Assembly (NCBI GenBank): GCA_036172245.1
Contig: JAYWIR010000006.1
Span: 4,092,001 to 4,156,000 of the forward strand
Direction: 5' to 3'
DNA length: 64,000 bases
DNA from: Raillietiella orientalis
Taxonomy: Eukaryota
Every line of letters starts with the position of its first letter. Within the stretch, counting starts at the first letter, position 1. The notes under the pieces were generated by a model, which saw only the letters and a program-made list of their open reading frames with translations, did no database searches and was not told where the DNA came from. A program made the position numbers and the translations under genes. Shown one piece after another: positions 36,207 to 48,700 of this stretch.

Positions 36207-39011
36207 CGCACTCGTACATGTAAATTTTCAGATTTAGTTCTCCTCGGAATCTGCAAGCCTTCGCCAACATGTTATGCTTATTGGTCCGAGATGACACCGC
36301 ACCCAAGCTTGCGGTGCGACAAGTCCTGCGGAACTTCCTCTTGTGCAAGTTGGGCCATTGTAGGCCACCACCTCCATCTTGACGAATATCTCTGCGAATA
36401 GTTGAGTCCAGCTCTCTTGATGCCGATTCGTTTCGTCCACGCCCTTGCATCCTCCTCCGCACTTGCTCAACTGTCAAAATCCACACGCTTTTCCTCAGCG
36501 CCATCACATTTCCACTGCTAAAAATTATGCGAAAGAACACAAAATAAAACAAAAGCATCCAAAGGTACCTCTTGAGTCACGGCCACAGGTTATTACAAAT
36601 CAGTGGGTTATTAATTAATAACAAAAGTTATTAGCTCGTTAAGTTCGTTAAACCTCTTCATAGCATGTGCACGTTTGGAGACGAGATGGGCACTCTCTTG
36701 CTTAGCATCTGTTTCTTATCCGTCTATATTGACACTCGATGTATGAATAATTTCCTTTTTTTTTCCTGTAGTACTATTTATATTTTTCGAGCTCGCTTCG
36801 ATAATTAATTTCTTTTGGTTTTGGTAAGGAGATACCACACTTTGTTCAAATTGAGTTTTCTATGGAATCCTTTGCAATAGTATTCCTCTAATTCAGAAGT
36901 CACTTGGATGTAAAGGATCCTACGACTCGGAAGTTATCGAGGACTCAGGGGCCATCGTCGCTTGTCATGGCGGTCAAATCACGAAACACAACGAGGTCAA
37001 ACCACTAAACTGCATTTCAGGACGCAAAGTTGTTGGTGCCAGGAGCACTCTTGAAGAGAATGCTTGTGGACCATTTCGTTATGAGTGGTTTTTGATTTTT
37101 TTTTCAATTCCGTATAAGCAGTCAAAAATAGCCCTCTTTAGGCTATGACTAGTAGTGTGGAGAAATATTGAAGTTAAAAGGCATTTGTTAGAAAGACTGC
37201 AGATTCAAAAAAAAAAAACGGTGAATTCGGAATTGCAGCACTCGCTTCATAAGAAGCAAAGATTTTCTCGAAACCACACGCATTTCAGCAGGCTTCAGAT
37301 CTGAAATCCGAAAGTAAATGCTCCGTGCCTCTTATTTCAGGGGAAAGTGGAGACATGAAGCAAGAGCCAACCTTAAATTTCACGTCATGTATTGAGCAGC
37401 AAACGTGTGGTGACGCAATATCAAATCACACATTAAAATACATGCAATGGAGCATTTGAAAATAACGTATGCAGTTCACAAACGAAGATACGTAAATTTT
37501 TGGCTCTATGCAAGGAAGATGCATAAAAGTGCATAAGTCTTCGAATTTTGAAAGCACAAATAAGCAATGATACAGAATCGACCAAATCTAGAAAGACATT
37601 GCAGTAGGGAAGACTGTTTTCCTACAGGATTACCAAGTTTAAGAGGAGATTGTCAATGGAAGAGAAATTCGGTTAGGCTGAAAAATTCTGCTTCACGCAG
37701 TCTCGCCACTTAAGCAGGTTTACCAAAACATGTTCTGGTACCGAAGCATATGCAGTACGGAGTAAAGCAGGGTGCTTTATAACCGACTGACGTTGGTTAT
37801 GTACACGCTAGACTACTTGCCTTGGTCGAAATTGGAATAACTACTTGCTTATAAAATAATCAATGCGATCATTCCTATTTTTACATGATTTCCAAGAGCG
37901 TCCATCAATTGGTCATGCATTAGTTTGGTAAATGGCTAAATTGCACACGTGCTGGTTTCACTGCTTATCAGCCATAGCATTCATTTCAATGAAGGAAACA
38001 TGCCACCTGTTGCTATTTGTGGCTACTATTCATACTGACAATTGTGGGTTTCTATGCAGTTTCGTGCATTGACATGTAATTCAGTATTTGTTTGGTGAGC
38101 AAAGCGCAAAATTTGTTGATTACTTCTGATTTTTTGTTGATATGGATAGGTAAACAAAGCTTATTTTGGATGAAGAATGAATGAAAGTCCTAAAAGTGCA
38201 GCACGTGAAAACTGAACATTATCAACCAAATACTTGTAGAAGCATCAGTGGAATGAATGGATTCCTCCAGATGAAATTTGGGCATAATGAATTTCGTTTT
38301 GCATAAATTTTTGAAACCCAACATCACTGGAAAAACATTGGCATCAGCAAATTTCAAGTTTACTTGTAACCAAGGGATATAAAGGTTCCAAAATCATCCA
38401 GCTCACAGTAATGTGACAAACTATCTGTAGCCTACTGATACACTATCCCAGTATGCATTTGGCTGGGAAACAGACTATGAGCCAGTGGCACTTGAATTTT
38501 AGTGATTGTCCCAAATTTGTTTGTATGTCATTGCTAGAACCTCAAGATTGTATTGTTTTAATACAATCTTAATTTACTGATACTGTTAGTTTTTTAAAGC
38601 TAATCTTTGTTTGTTAGCTTGTCTTTTGCTTTACTTCAATTCATGGCTGCACTCTGATATTCAAGTCCAATGAAACAGCAAGCAACATTTGAACCCAATG
38701 TATGATGGCAGAGTGCCGAGAACATACCAACTAATAACTAATTATGAAACACATTCACAGCAGTAGAGTGGAAAAGCAATCTTCAACAAAATACATTTGG
38801 GATAGCTTTTCTGCCTGCATTACACTGCTTTTTTTTTTGTAATGAAATTATGCATGTTTAGTCACAAATCTGATTCACACCTTATTCATACCCAATGAAC
38901 TTTCTAAAATTGATCTTAGAAAGCTATTAGGAAATAAAATCTGCCATAAATTTCTTAAAATAAGGATATATAGTACTTCATTGTTCTGCCACTAGAAATA
39001 ATAGTAAGACT

Positions 39012-39714
39012 TCAAAAACGACCTCGTTTATTACTTCCTTCAGAATAGCCAAAGCCACCTCTTCCAAAATTCTTTCTGTCATTTGTTCCAAATGAATGTT
39101 CTCTCTTTACACCTCTTCCTCCATAATCAAATCTGTTTGCAGAGAATCCTTGCCCTCTATTTCCACGAAAACCTCTTCCACCTCCATAACCTCTAGATCC
39201 ACCACTATTTCCTCTGAAGCCTCCACCTCTTGAAAAGGAACCCCGTCCTCTGTTGAAACCTCCTCTTTGTGGAGCCCTTCCAGTGTTTTTTTGTGTTTCA
39301 GATGACTGGGGTAAAAATTTGGAAATTGGCAATAATTTGCGTGGGTCAATGTATACCTTCAAGTCAATAATAAAATACATGTAACATCCCATACATAAAC
39401 ACCATACATACCATATCATTTTTTTGAAAAGAACTTGCTTTAATGTCTTCACTTAAAATCACTGAAATGTAGTAGTCATTTGGTGAACCAAAAATTTCAT
39501 CCACTTTCCCGATTTGTTGCATATTTTCTAAGTAGATGGGGGCATTGAAATATGGCACATCTTTCAGAACAGCTTTACAAACCAGCTGCTCTTCGCAAGG
39601 ATGCGTGAAATATCCCAACTCAATAACTCTTTCTGGAGGCCCGGGATCGTATCGTTTAAAACCTCCACCTCTACCGGAGTTGAATCTGTTATATCGCCCG
39701 CCACGAAATCCCAT
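39012..39714 (-). CDS. GAR1: H/ACA RNP subunit 1 (GAR1), 2 exons, about 215 aa
   Basis: Exons 39714-39412 and 39356-39012 with a 55-nt GT-AG intron. Core GPPERVIELGYFTHPCEEQLVCK…VPYFNAPIYLEN…IGKVDEIFG…YIDPRKLLPISKFLP is flanked by RGG repeats. Confidence 0.96.
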
Positions 39715-39849
39715 GTTCAATTAGACGAAATTACACACTGTACTTAAAAGATTGCATGCTATACGGAAGACACACATAAAGTACTCAGAACTTCTCAATT
39801 GGTGCTGCATGAGTTTTGTAATTCATACACAATTGGTTCAGGTAGAATT

Positions 39850-40360
39850 ATGCACATAAAACAATAATTGCGAGGAGAACCACGATTTCCGTTAAAAATG
39901 GGCACCACACATTTGTCGACACGAGAGTTCCGCTAAAGACGTGCTTCGAAGCTGACTCTTTCCAAAAATATGTGCAGAAAATATTTACTCTGCGTGTATG
40001 CTCATTCTCACCAATGTCCAATCCGTTGGATGTTCCACTCCATGATTTTTGCACTCAGCCACTGTGGCAGCGTGAATCTCCGCCTCCCCTCGACCCGCAT
40101 GCGGAATTGGCAATTCTGATGCCTTCCTGCAACAAATCACGCAGGCACAGTGCACCTCTACACAGGAATGCGTGCACTTACATTTGTGTTTACTTACATT
40201 GTTGTAATGTTTTGACAAATAATTTTTTTTTTCATATAAAAATTATTATTATTGCTATTTCCCTCCCCCCCATGGACGTTACAACGCCGACACAGCTTCC
40301 TATCAGGATATGCGGGATGGAATCAGGGACGCATGTGTTTTCAGTGTTGCCGTGAGAGCA
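39850..40360. promoter_or_regulatory. CpG-rich patch upstream of GAR1, possible bidirectional GAR1/ANKFY1 promoter
   Basis: Local CpG and GC enrichment between head-to-head genes. Inferred from position and composition only. Confidence 0.4.
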
Positions 40361-41844
40361 AATTAGAGCTAGTAAAACTTTCAATGATTCCGAAAAAGAT
40401 GCCTGCAAATCGTTGAAAAATCGACTGATTTCAAAAATAACATATCCGATAAACTTTTATCAACAAATACAAAATTCTCTTTCACTACTATATTCCAGTA
40501 TTTCGAGTTTTCATGAAAATTTTTCAGACATTTCATAAAAACTTTGCTCCTAGGATCACCAAAAATGCAACTTCTGATATAATCTTTTCCAATTCTGTTT
40601 TTCTTTCTTAATTTCTTTCCAAGAATAATTCTCTCATTTGCAACCTAGTACATCCAATTCGCCAACACATGAATTCTTCACATCTTTTTTGTCGATTCTC
40701 TTAACGTTTGAAGAGATCAGATCTCTGTGTTGATAGATTTATCTACATATATAAAGCTGTATGCTGCATTTGCCTCCGAATTCATCCCGTTTTTATCTCA
40801 TAAAATTTGCTACTGGAGAACATCATTCATGCATTTTGATCCAACTTTTTGAAAGATATTCTTCGAAATCATGTCAGTTAAGCCGAAACTACAATGTGTG
40901 ACTTTAAGAAAATTTTGTTTTTACTTTTATCCAAGATAAGTTCCGTGATTCCAGCAATAGAAATGAAATGAATTTATTAATTTCATGAATTGCGTACATA
41001 TTACAGAAAAGCAGTATTAAGAGTGTGTTCTGGGAAGGCATCAGTAAAAAAAAATAACTGTTTTTGTTTGGTATTAGTCCCTAACGTCATTAAGTGTATA
41101 CAATGCTTCATGTTCAAGGGCGACCGTTTACTGAGAGACTTGCCAAAAACCTACACTTCTAGGCAGAATTCGTACTGCATTCCAGAAAATGATGTATTTT
41201 TTGCAAATTTTTGTAGGTTTACACTCCTTGAGGGACTAGAAACTGATTCATGGTCATCAAAAGAAGGTAAGCATATCCATTACACATTCAACATATAGAG
41301 ATGTAAAACACTTCTGATCTTACGATGCAGAGGAAAATATGTAATATTCTTAAGCTGATTTTAATAGAAAATGCACCTTGGAACACAGAACTCCCTTTTC
41401 AATGGAAAATATTTTATCCTAATTGTAGAATCTAAATCTCATAGAAATCCTTATTCTAAAATCTGTTAATCTTATAGAAAAATATCAAAGTCCATGAGAT
41501 CTTTGCATTCCATTTTTGATTTTAACGTCATTTTTTCTATTGGATAGATTTGCTCGGTTGCATTTTTTAATTTCTAACTCTAGGTTCTGCAGATTATTTT
41601 TTTCTCATATTAAAATCAATGCAAACAGATGAACTTCTATTTGTATTGTTTTCAAGTTCCAGATTTTGCTTATATTTTCCCAGATGCCTTAGGTGCACTC
41701 GGTGTTTAAGATAGCATCTAAGAGTGAAGTGTGCCATAAGCATAGTTTTCATCTAGTTCTCAATGCCTTGAAAGAAGCAGAGAGGAATCTAATCTGAAAA
41801 AAACATTTACTTATACTATCTGCTTGACGCAAGCATAGTTAAGA

Positions 41845-42300
41845 GTCTCGACAAAAGGTGAGGAATTTTCGAGAAGAGAACCACCAGCTTGAACGGTAAG
41901 TCGTCCAGCCTCGTTATTGACAACCAAAACGATACATTGTGCAGGAGACATTCGAAAGAATTGAGGTGCCACTTTCAGTGATCATTGCGAATCATAATGT
42001 GCTTAGAAAGTACAGAACGAACCAATTAACTGGGAAATTCAATGTATCCATGACTTGCAGCTTACATTGATTTTCAAGGTCAAGAGGAGATGTGCGGCGG
42101 GTGAGAATTTGGATCGGCTCACTGTACCTATTCGGTCCAATGAGGAATGCCATCCATGGATGAAAAACCTGGAATGCCTTCAATCCAGGTCATAGGATGT
42201 GATGACTCCGTTCCTACCGACTCGAAGGATTTTTGCTAGGTGATCGTAAACCCCATTGATTTAAGGTGGAATGGAAGGCATGGAAATTGTATGATAAAAC
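41845..42300 (+). mobile_element. Heavily decayed mariner-like transposase fragment
   Basis: YLFGPMRNAIHG at 42125-42160 resembles the mariner YHLFGPLKxALxG segment after YSPDLAP. Upstream frameshifted pieces resemble the HTH and linker (FRE…IRKN…LTGKFNVS). Many stops, no TIRs seen. Confidence 0.5.
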
Positions 42301-44019
42301 AGAGTTCTGAATTTAGACATGTGCTTATTTCTCCACCAAATATTATTCCTGAGGTGGCTTGGATGAGAAGATATTGATAAAGGCTCATCTGTTTGATCTT
42401 TGTGTTGCATTTCATTTAAATTATTCTTTTGATGTTCTTCTAAATTTCGTACAAAGAACTAAAAAGATCTATATAACGCCTGTAGGTCATAAGCTTGAAA
42501 TTAAAACACCTTGCGCCTCTTTATTCCATGGAAGCTCTCAATCCCTATCTATTTCACGTATCAGTGTACTTGTCACTTTAGGGGAACCCGAATAAAAATT
42601 GAGAAAAATTCCCGTAGATCAATCGCTACAATTTGATGATTAGTTTCCCTCTTTTTAATTACTTTTAAAATTAATTTCATCGTCATTTTTTATCATAGAT
42701 ATTTTCGATTTTTTTATTCTATATGTTTTATTTACTATTCTATAGGGTATTAATTTGTATTACTGAGATAATTTACTATTTTTTAGATACCTTTGTCAAA
42801 GAAAATCAATCTTCTGAATTTTCTAAAATTATTTTCCAAAAGCATAGTTTAGATTTGTAGTTTTAAAATTTCCTTATGATATCCTCTGCAGGCTAGTTTT
42901 TTATCCAATTATAAAATGCAATTAACTAAACGTCAGTTTAACACAATCGGCAAAAAACTTGAAACGTTGCCTACCTGTTTGCTATATGAAATTGAATGGA
43001 AACGAAAAAAGAGAATTTTTTTTTCCCCCAAGTACTTGGAATTCTTTATTGATTCACTTGGTTATTTCTTCAATTCCGGAATACTGTGGAGACTTTCTAT
43101 TGTAATCATATTCATTTTGTGGTTCTGAAGAAGTAAGCAACTTACATTATTTGGTTACAAGATTTTGATTTGATTAATGGTGTCGAACATAGTCGGCAGG
43201 TGTTCGAGCACATTTTAAAAATTTGCCTTGTTGTACTTGAATTGAATAGGGTTTCATATGTGTTAAAAGTTTGTGTGTGTTTTTCATATGTGTTTTTTAT
43301 TGCTATCGGACTTTATATGAGTTTATCTGCTCTTTTACATGAGTAAATATGACTATGCCTCTACAACAGTTGATGCCCGGTAGGCGATAGAACAAACAGT
43401 AGCAAAGATCAACTGCATGTTTGGACCTGCAACAGCCACTCATAGATGCGAAGTAACAAATATTTATTACTGAGAATCTACTTGAACCAGCTGTTGCCTG
43501 TGTGGTTATTCTGTTGTAAACATTTGCATAACCGTAATGAGAATTAGGGTTAGAGTCCAATGAAGCGTCTAATAAACTATAAGTTGATGGTTTATGTTTG
43601 GTCTTCAGGCAGCTTTTTGAATGATCACAAGAAAACTAAGCGTGATCGTTAGACTACTTGACAGAGTACAAATATGCAAAAATAGGAGGTACGAAGATAG
43701 TGACAGAAACATACCATGAATGGAGGATAAGTGCAGACATTCTACTACTTCAACGTACCATGACAATATAAGTAGAAATAAACGTTTTGCAAAATCATTC
43801 GTCCTACCAACAGGAACAGTCAGTGAGGAGACAGTGACGATGGTTGAAATGATACACCTTTTTCTGCAAATTACACCGGTGTATTAATACTTACTTATTC
43901 CATCTGTCTCATACTGAGCTCGTGAACCAGGATTTTTCCCCCTTTGAATTCCTTGTAAACCGGTGCTCCTTAAGGAACGTGATGTTGAAAGGTTTTCCTT
44001 TTTTTGTGTGTGTGTGTGA

Positions 44020-44350
44020 AGTAGCTGTTGCGAGGTAATCCAAGGACTTGGACTGATGAAGACACATCGAGGTATTCCCACTTGGATATGTAACCAGCTT
44101 GGATTCGAGATGAGTTATCCGTTTCAGGAATGGAAATCTTCACCTGCAATGTAATTGTATAAGAGGTCTGTTTGGAGTTTGCCTATCGCGTTACCGCTCA
44201 GATATGCAAATGAGGTCACCAGGAAACGGGAGGAGTGCGTCGAATCATGCGGCAAGTTGCACAGCAACTCGTTTTCTGGGAAGGACTTGACAGAGTGCTT
44301 GGCATCCATGCCGCAAGACGTCTCCCCTGCTTTCGGTCCCGAAGAGGGAA
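44020..44350 (+). mobile_element. Decayed Ty3/gypsy pol fragment (RNase H-integrase junction)
   Basis: In order and with frameshifts: WIRDELSV (RDELSV at 44106-44123), NVIV, LRYANE/GHQ (44214-44222), RQVAQQLVFWEGLD…LPC. This matches the gypsy pattern RDELSVxxG..IVIP..AHEGHQG..RARQxVFWPGM..CxxC. Confidence 0.55.
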
Positions 44351-45766
44351 TGTGATTGTGCAGAATCCTGGTGTTGGGTTCTTAGATGAACACTTTTTTG
44401 TGTGCCCCTCTTGTGACTGGTTCGCTGGTCACCCTCTTTGAGTGTTCTCCCAGAGACGGATTCTGCAGTGTTCGAGTGCCCCTTGCGAAACTGGCCCTTC
44501 GCAAAGGAGTGGAATATGGTGTCTTCGATTTCATCGGTGTTTTCGATAAGTGGGGACTGCCCGGAATGTCATTATGCCAATTAAGATGAACGCAAAGAAT
44601 TGTGACCTTATGCTTGATATTTAGCAAATGTTCAAATGGTAAAATTTCATGAGATGCCTGAAAGGAAAGAAAATGACCGTAAGTGACTTTTATAAGCATG
44701 ACCTTTTGTATATCGAAAAAGATGAGCTTTACTTTTGCTGGCATGTGGAATGTCAATGTAAACTTACGAATTATGTTGAATGATCATTTTAAATCATCAT
44801 TCAACATTCAAGTTTTCTACATTATATGTGGTTATTTTTATTGTGGGTTCCATGAAAACAGGTTGTGCTTTCTGTAGGTGCTTACTGTGCGATTTTAAAA
44901 CTAATTAAAGTAGAATTTTTTTGATGACTACTCATTATCATGGCTCTTATCGGATTTTGAATTAGCCCGCTCTTAGTTTTTAGATGCCTTGACTATTCTT
45001 GTGCGAAGGAATATTCAAGCTTAAATATTTTCCATGCATGCAAATTTGTAGAAATAGTTCTTACTCAACAACGTTTGTTTTTCGTGAGATTGTAGATAAG
45101 TAAATGTTGAATATTTTGTTCTGAAATGTATAGGAAGAAAAAGTTATTGGTAGTTTGAAGCAGTAAGTTTTCTGAGCAGCAATTCGGAAAGTAATTTGTA
45201 ATTGTAGCATGATTTTGGACCTTGAGTCTACGATTAGATGTGTGATTGCACCAGTTGGAAGGTGTTGGCCAATTATGCAATTCACATATTATTTTCTGAA
45301 GATTATTTTAATGTAGCATATTTTTGGTTATTAAAAATGTGATGACGAAATCCAGTAAATTGAACATTCTGTTTTCCTGTATACACTTTAGTAATTGAAA
45401 TAATTTAAAGACTAGTTTTTCATTGAGTTGATCTTCCGTTCATCTTGTGTTTCATTGTTTCTTGTTTGAACCAAAAGCAAAACAGCATAATTGTAAAATT
45501 CATAGGAGTAACAAGTACTAATGTGGGGCTATTCAGTATGCAAAGCAGTCATGAGATTGCGATAATTAATCAGTATTTCATGACACCGAAATAAGTGAGA
45601 TATTTTTGAAGAAAATGGAAAATCGAATGCATGCCGCAATTTGTGAAATGTCTAATTGGATTATTTTGAAAATGTATTTTTTTTTTCCTTCCTTCCACAT
45701 CCTCCCCCCCTTTTTCTCCCCTTACAATTACTTACCCTTGTTTAAGCAATGTAATGTATTTTGCAG

Positions 45767-48700
45767 AAATCGAAAAGCTTCAGCATCATTTGGCTTTGCT
45801 GAAAAATGAGTATGTCAAACTTCAGAAACAATTAATGCAAGTGGAACAAAACTATTTAATTTTGGCAGCAAAGCTTGGGGAAACAAATGAAACCAGTTTT
45901 ATCAGCAATTTGCTCAAAATCATTGGAGATCTTTATGATAAGGAATCATACAGGTAACTGCAAACGTTTGGAACATCAACATTAGTCATGTTTGCAATTC
46001 TACAAATAAACACATGAAAATCAAAAATAAAATGCAATTCTTTCCATATGTTAATTCTTTCCTTCTGTTAATTTTTACAATTGTTTGATTCGTAACATAA
46101 CAATAAACAATGTGCTGGTTTTTTGTTTTTTTTTTGACATATTATTTATGGATCAAGTTAATTCATTTCATTGTGCACACTGTGAATCAGTGAATAGGTA
46201 GTGCTAAATGTCAATGAGAGTTAGTGGATGGAGCTGGTGCTTATTTAGTGGGAGGGATTTGTAGGCAAGCAGTTTCAGGTTGGCAACATTTGCTTATTGG
46301 AATGCTAAATTTTTCATTTTCAATTTAATGTTGAGATAGTATTTGCTGCTTATGTGATATGAATGTTGTGAATATTGTTTGTGGCATGTAGTTATATGTT
46401 ATATTCTGAGGTTCAATATTCTTGACATTTATTGTTAGAGTAATGCATTGATTGAATTGTATGGAATAATGGATATGCATGGAGATTTTGTATCATGGAA
46501 AGGAATATCTAAATATGCATATTTATGTTTGTGTTGAATGCACAGAAAAGCCTACTAAATTAACAACTCTTGAATTGAAAGTGAGTTTTGGTTGTTGTCA
46601 GAATAATTTTTTGCCCTTGCACAGCATTTTTATAAATCACGTCAGCTCCTAATACCTGTATGTTTGATATGCCTGTAATTGGTGTGCATGACACATGCAT
46701 TGTTTTCCTCTTTGATAATTGGATTTGCTCATTACAAATATTCAGTTTTCCCCATTTTTTGCACCAAGGTGACCCGGTGTCGTTTTTTTAGTGACCTCAT
46801 AATATCCATGAAGGAGAGAAAATACAATGCTCACAAGTTTGTGCTTGCTGCAAGAAGTGATCAGTGGGCCTTGAATCGCCTGTCAGATGTGACAGCATTG
46901 GGTAAATAAGAAACAGATCGCGAAATGAATCTATGAACAAAGAAAGAATGATTTCCTAATGAGTTTTCTGTTGGTCTCAAACAAAAGTTTGTTCAAAGTG
47001 CGATGCATAATCTACCAGATATATCGTAAAGTATAAAATGTATCATAGTTTACGCCAATTTTAAGATTCTTTGTCAATTATATCACTACTTGTCTACCAA
47101 TTCTTTCATTGCATGTGTTATCATTTATCCAAAGGTATAAACTTGCTCCAGTAGAAATATTTGGAGTGCTCTAAAACTGATTTTAAATGTGTATGGAAAG
47201 TGAAGTTGCCATAAGTAAAAGAAAAATAAATCTTGTTTTCGAATTTACGAAACTTGCAAATTGTTTTCGAAGACGTTGATAATTGAGATAATGAATTTAA
47301 CGAATTCATTAGATGAAACTCGTCTGATTTTGATGAAGTACCCATATGGTATTGTACACCTTGTGTTGGCTTGGGTTTTTGAATAATAGCTCAGTTGAAA
47401 GTTTTGCTTACAATTTTAGCTTTTCATAGGAACAGAATATTGTGATGGTTTATTCCAAATTTAGTGGACTTTGTTATCATGTATCACTTCATACACCAAA
47501 TACATGAATTTGAAGTCTTATGAATAAGCATGTGTTTTCTGTGTCTTTGCTTTCTCTTACTATGAAAGAGTTCAGACTTTGTTATCTGACTGAGGAACTG
47601 TCTAATACATGATCTGCGGCCTACCAAATTTCTAGAGAGATCAGACATATTAAGTTCGATAGTTTATTGATTTGACTGTGAAACTGTTTATTGGTTTAAC
47701 TGTTTTCTTTCGTTCCTTTTTTTTGGAATTTTAGATTGGACAAAAATGGATAGTAAGGTGGGGGAAGCCACTTTGCAGTGGATCTATACAGATCACATCG
47801 ATTTCATGGACGGAGAATCATTTGTTATGGAAATGTTGAAGGTGGCAAGCCAGTATCAGTTGAAGCAGCTACAAAAAAGGTACTTTTATATTTTGATGAG
47901 GAATAGGAACGGATGCCTTGGTCTCATTGATTTCATATTCTTTGAATGTTTTCGCTTCTTTGCTGGATCGTTTGTCGATCCGTGTGCGGCCCATTCATTT
48001 TGTGCGCCTCAAATAGGTGAACGCTTTCGGCAGTACATTTTGTTCCCAGCATTCTAACACAGCTGGTGTTTTATCACTGTTTTAAGTATCCTAGACATGC
48101 GGAATACTTGGTTTAATTCACAACATTATCTCATAAATGGTCAGCAGATGATTTGTACTATATATATACATTTATATGGTATCAGTTGTTATATCAACGC
48201 ACATATCTTTGTGTGATCCTTTCAGGTAACGTGTGAAAAAGTGCTTTTTTCCTTCACTCAGTATTTAATACTGACCTGATGAAAACGGATGGGAGTCAGA
48301 TTGTCTCCGAGAAGTAAAAAAGCGATGCATTCTTCCCCCCCCCGAAAATCATAGAATTGACTTCGAGAATATGATCGATAAACGTGGAATTCGGAGTATT
48401 TCGAAGGAAAACATAAGTTCCATCTTACGTGTTTTCGGGAAGAAGCACGCAGGAATAAATTTTCCCAGCAAGTCAGGGCTGCTCGAAGTGTAGTACTATG
48501 ATTTCCTTTAGGAATTAACATGTGTAACATAGTGTACACTTTTATGATTAACATAGTATGTAATCGCAAGATTCATACTCCAGCTTTGGGTGTAGAGCTT
48601 CGAAATCAAAGGAAGACAAAGCTTCATTTCTACGTCCCGTGCCGGCAACTTCCGTATGAACTTGACTGAAATATTGGGGAGGTGAAAATGAAGTTGAATT

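Noticed and set aside
37560..37720. Mariner-like words (GKTVFLQD, LG*KILLH)
   Set aside because: Too short and degenerate to separate from chance without a search.
41002..41010. TACAGAAAA resembling the METTL16 target UACAGARAA
   Set aside because: A single 9-mer in AT-rich DNA with no enclosing hairpin seen.
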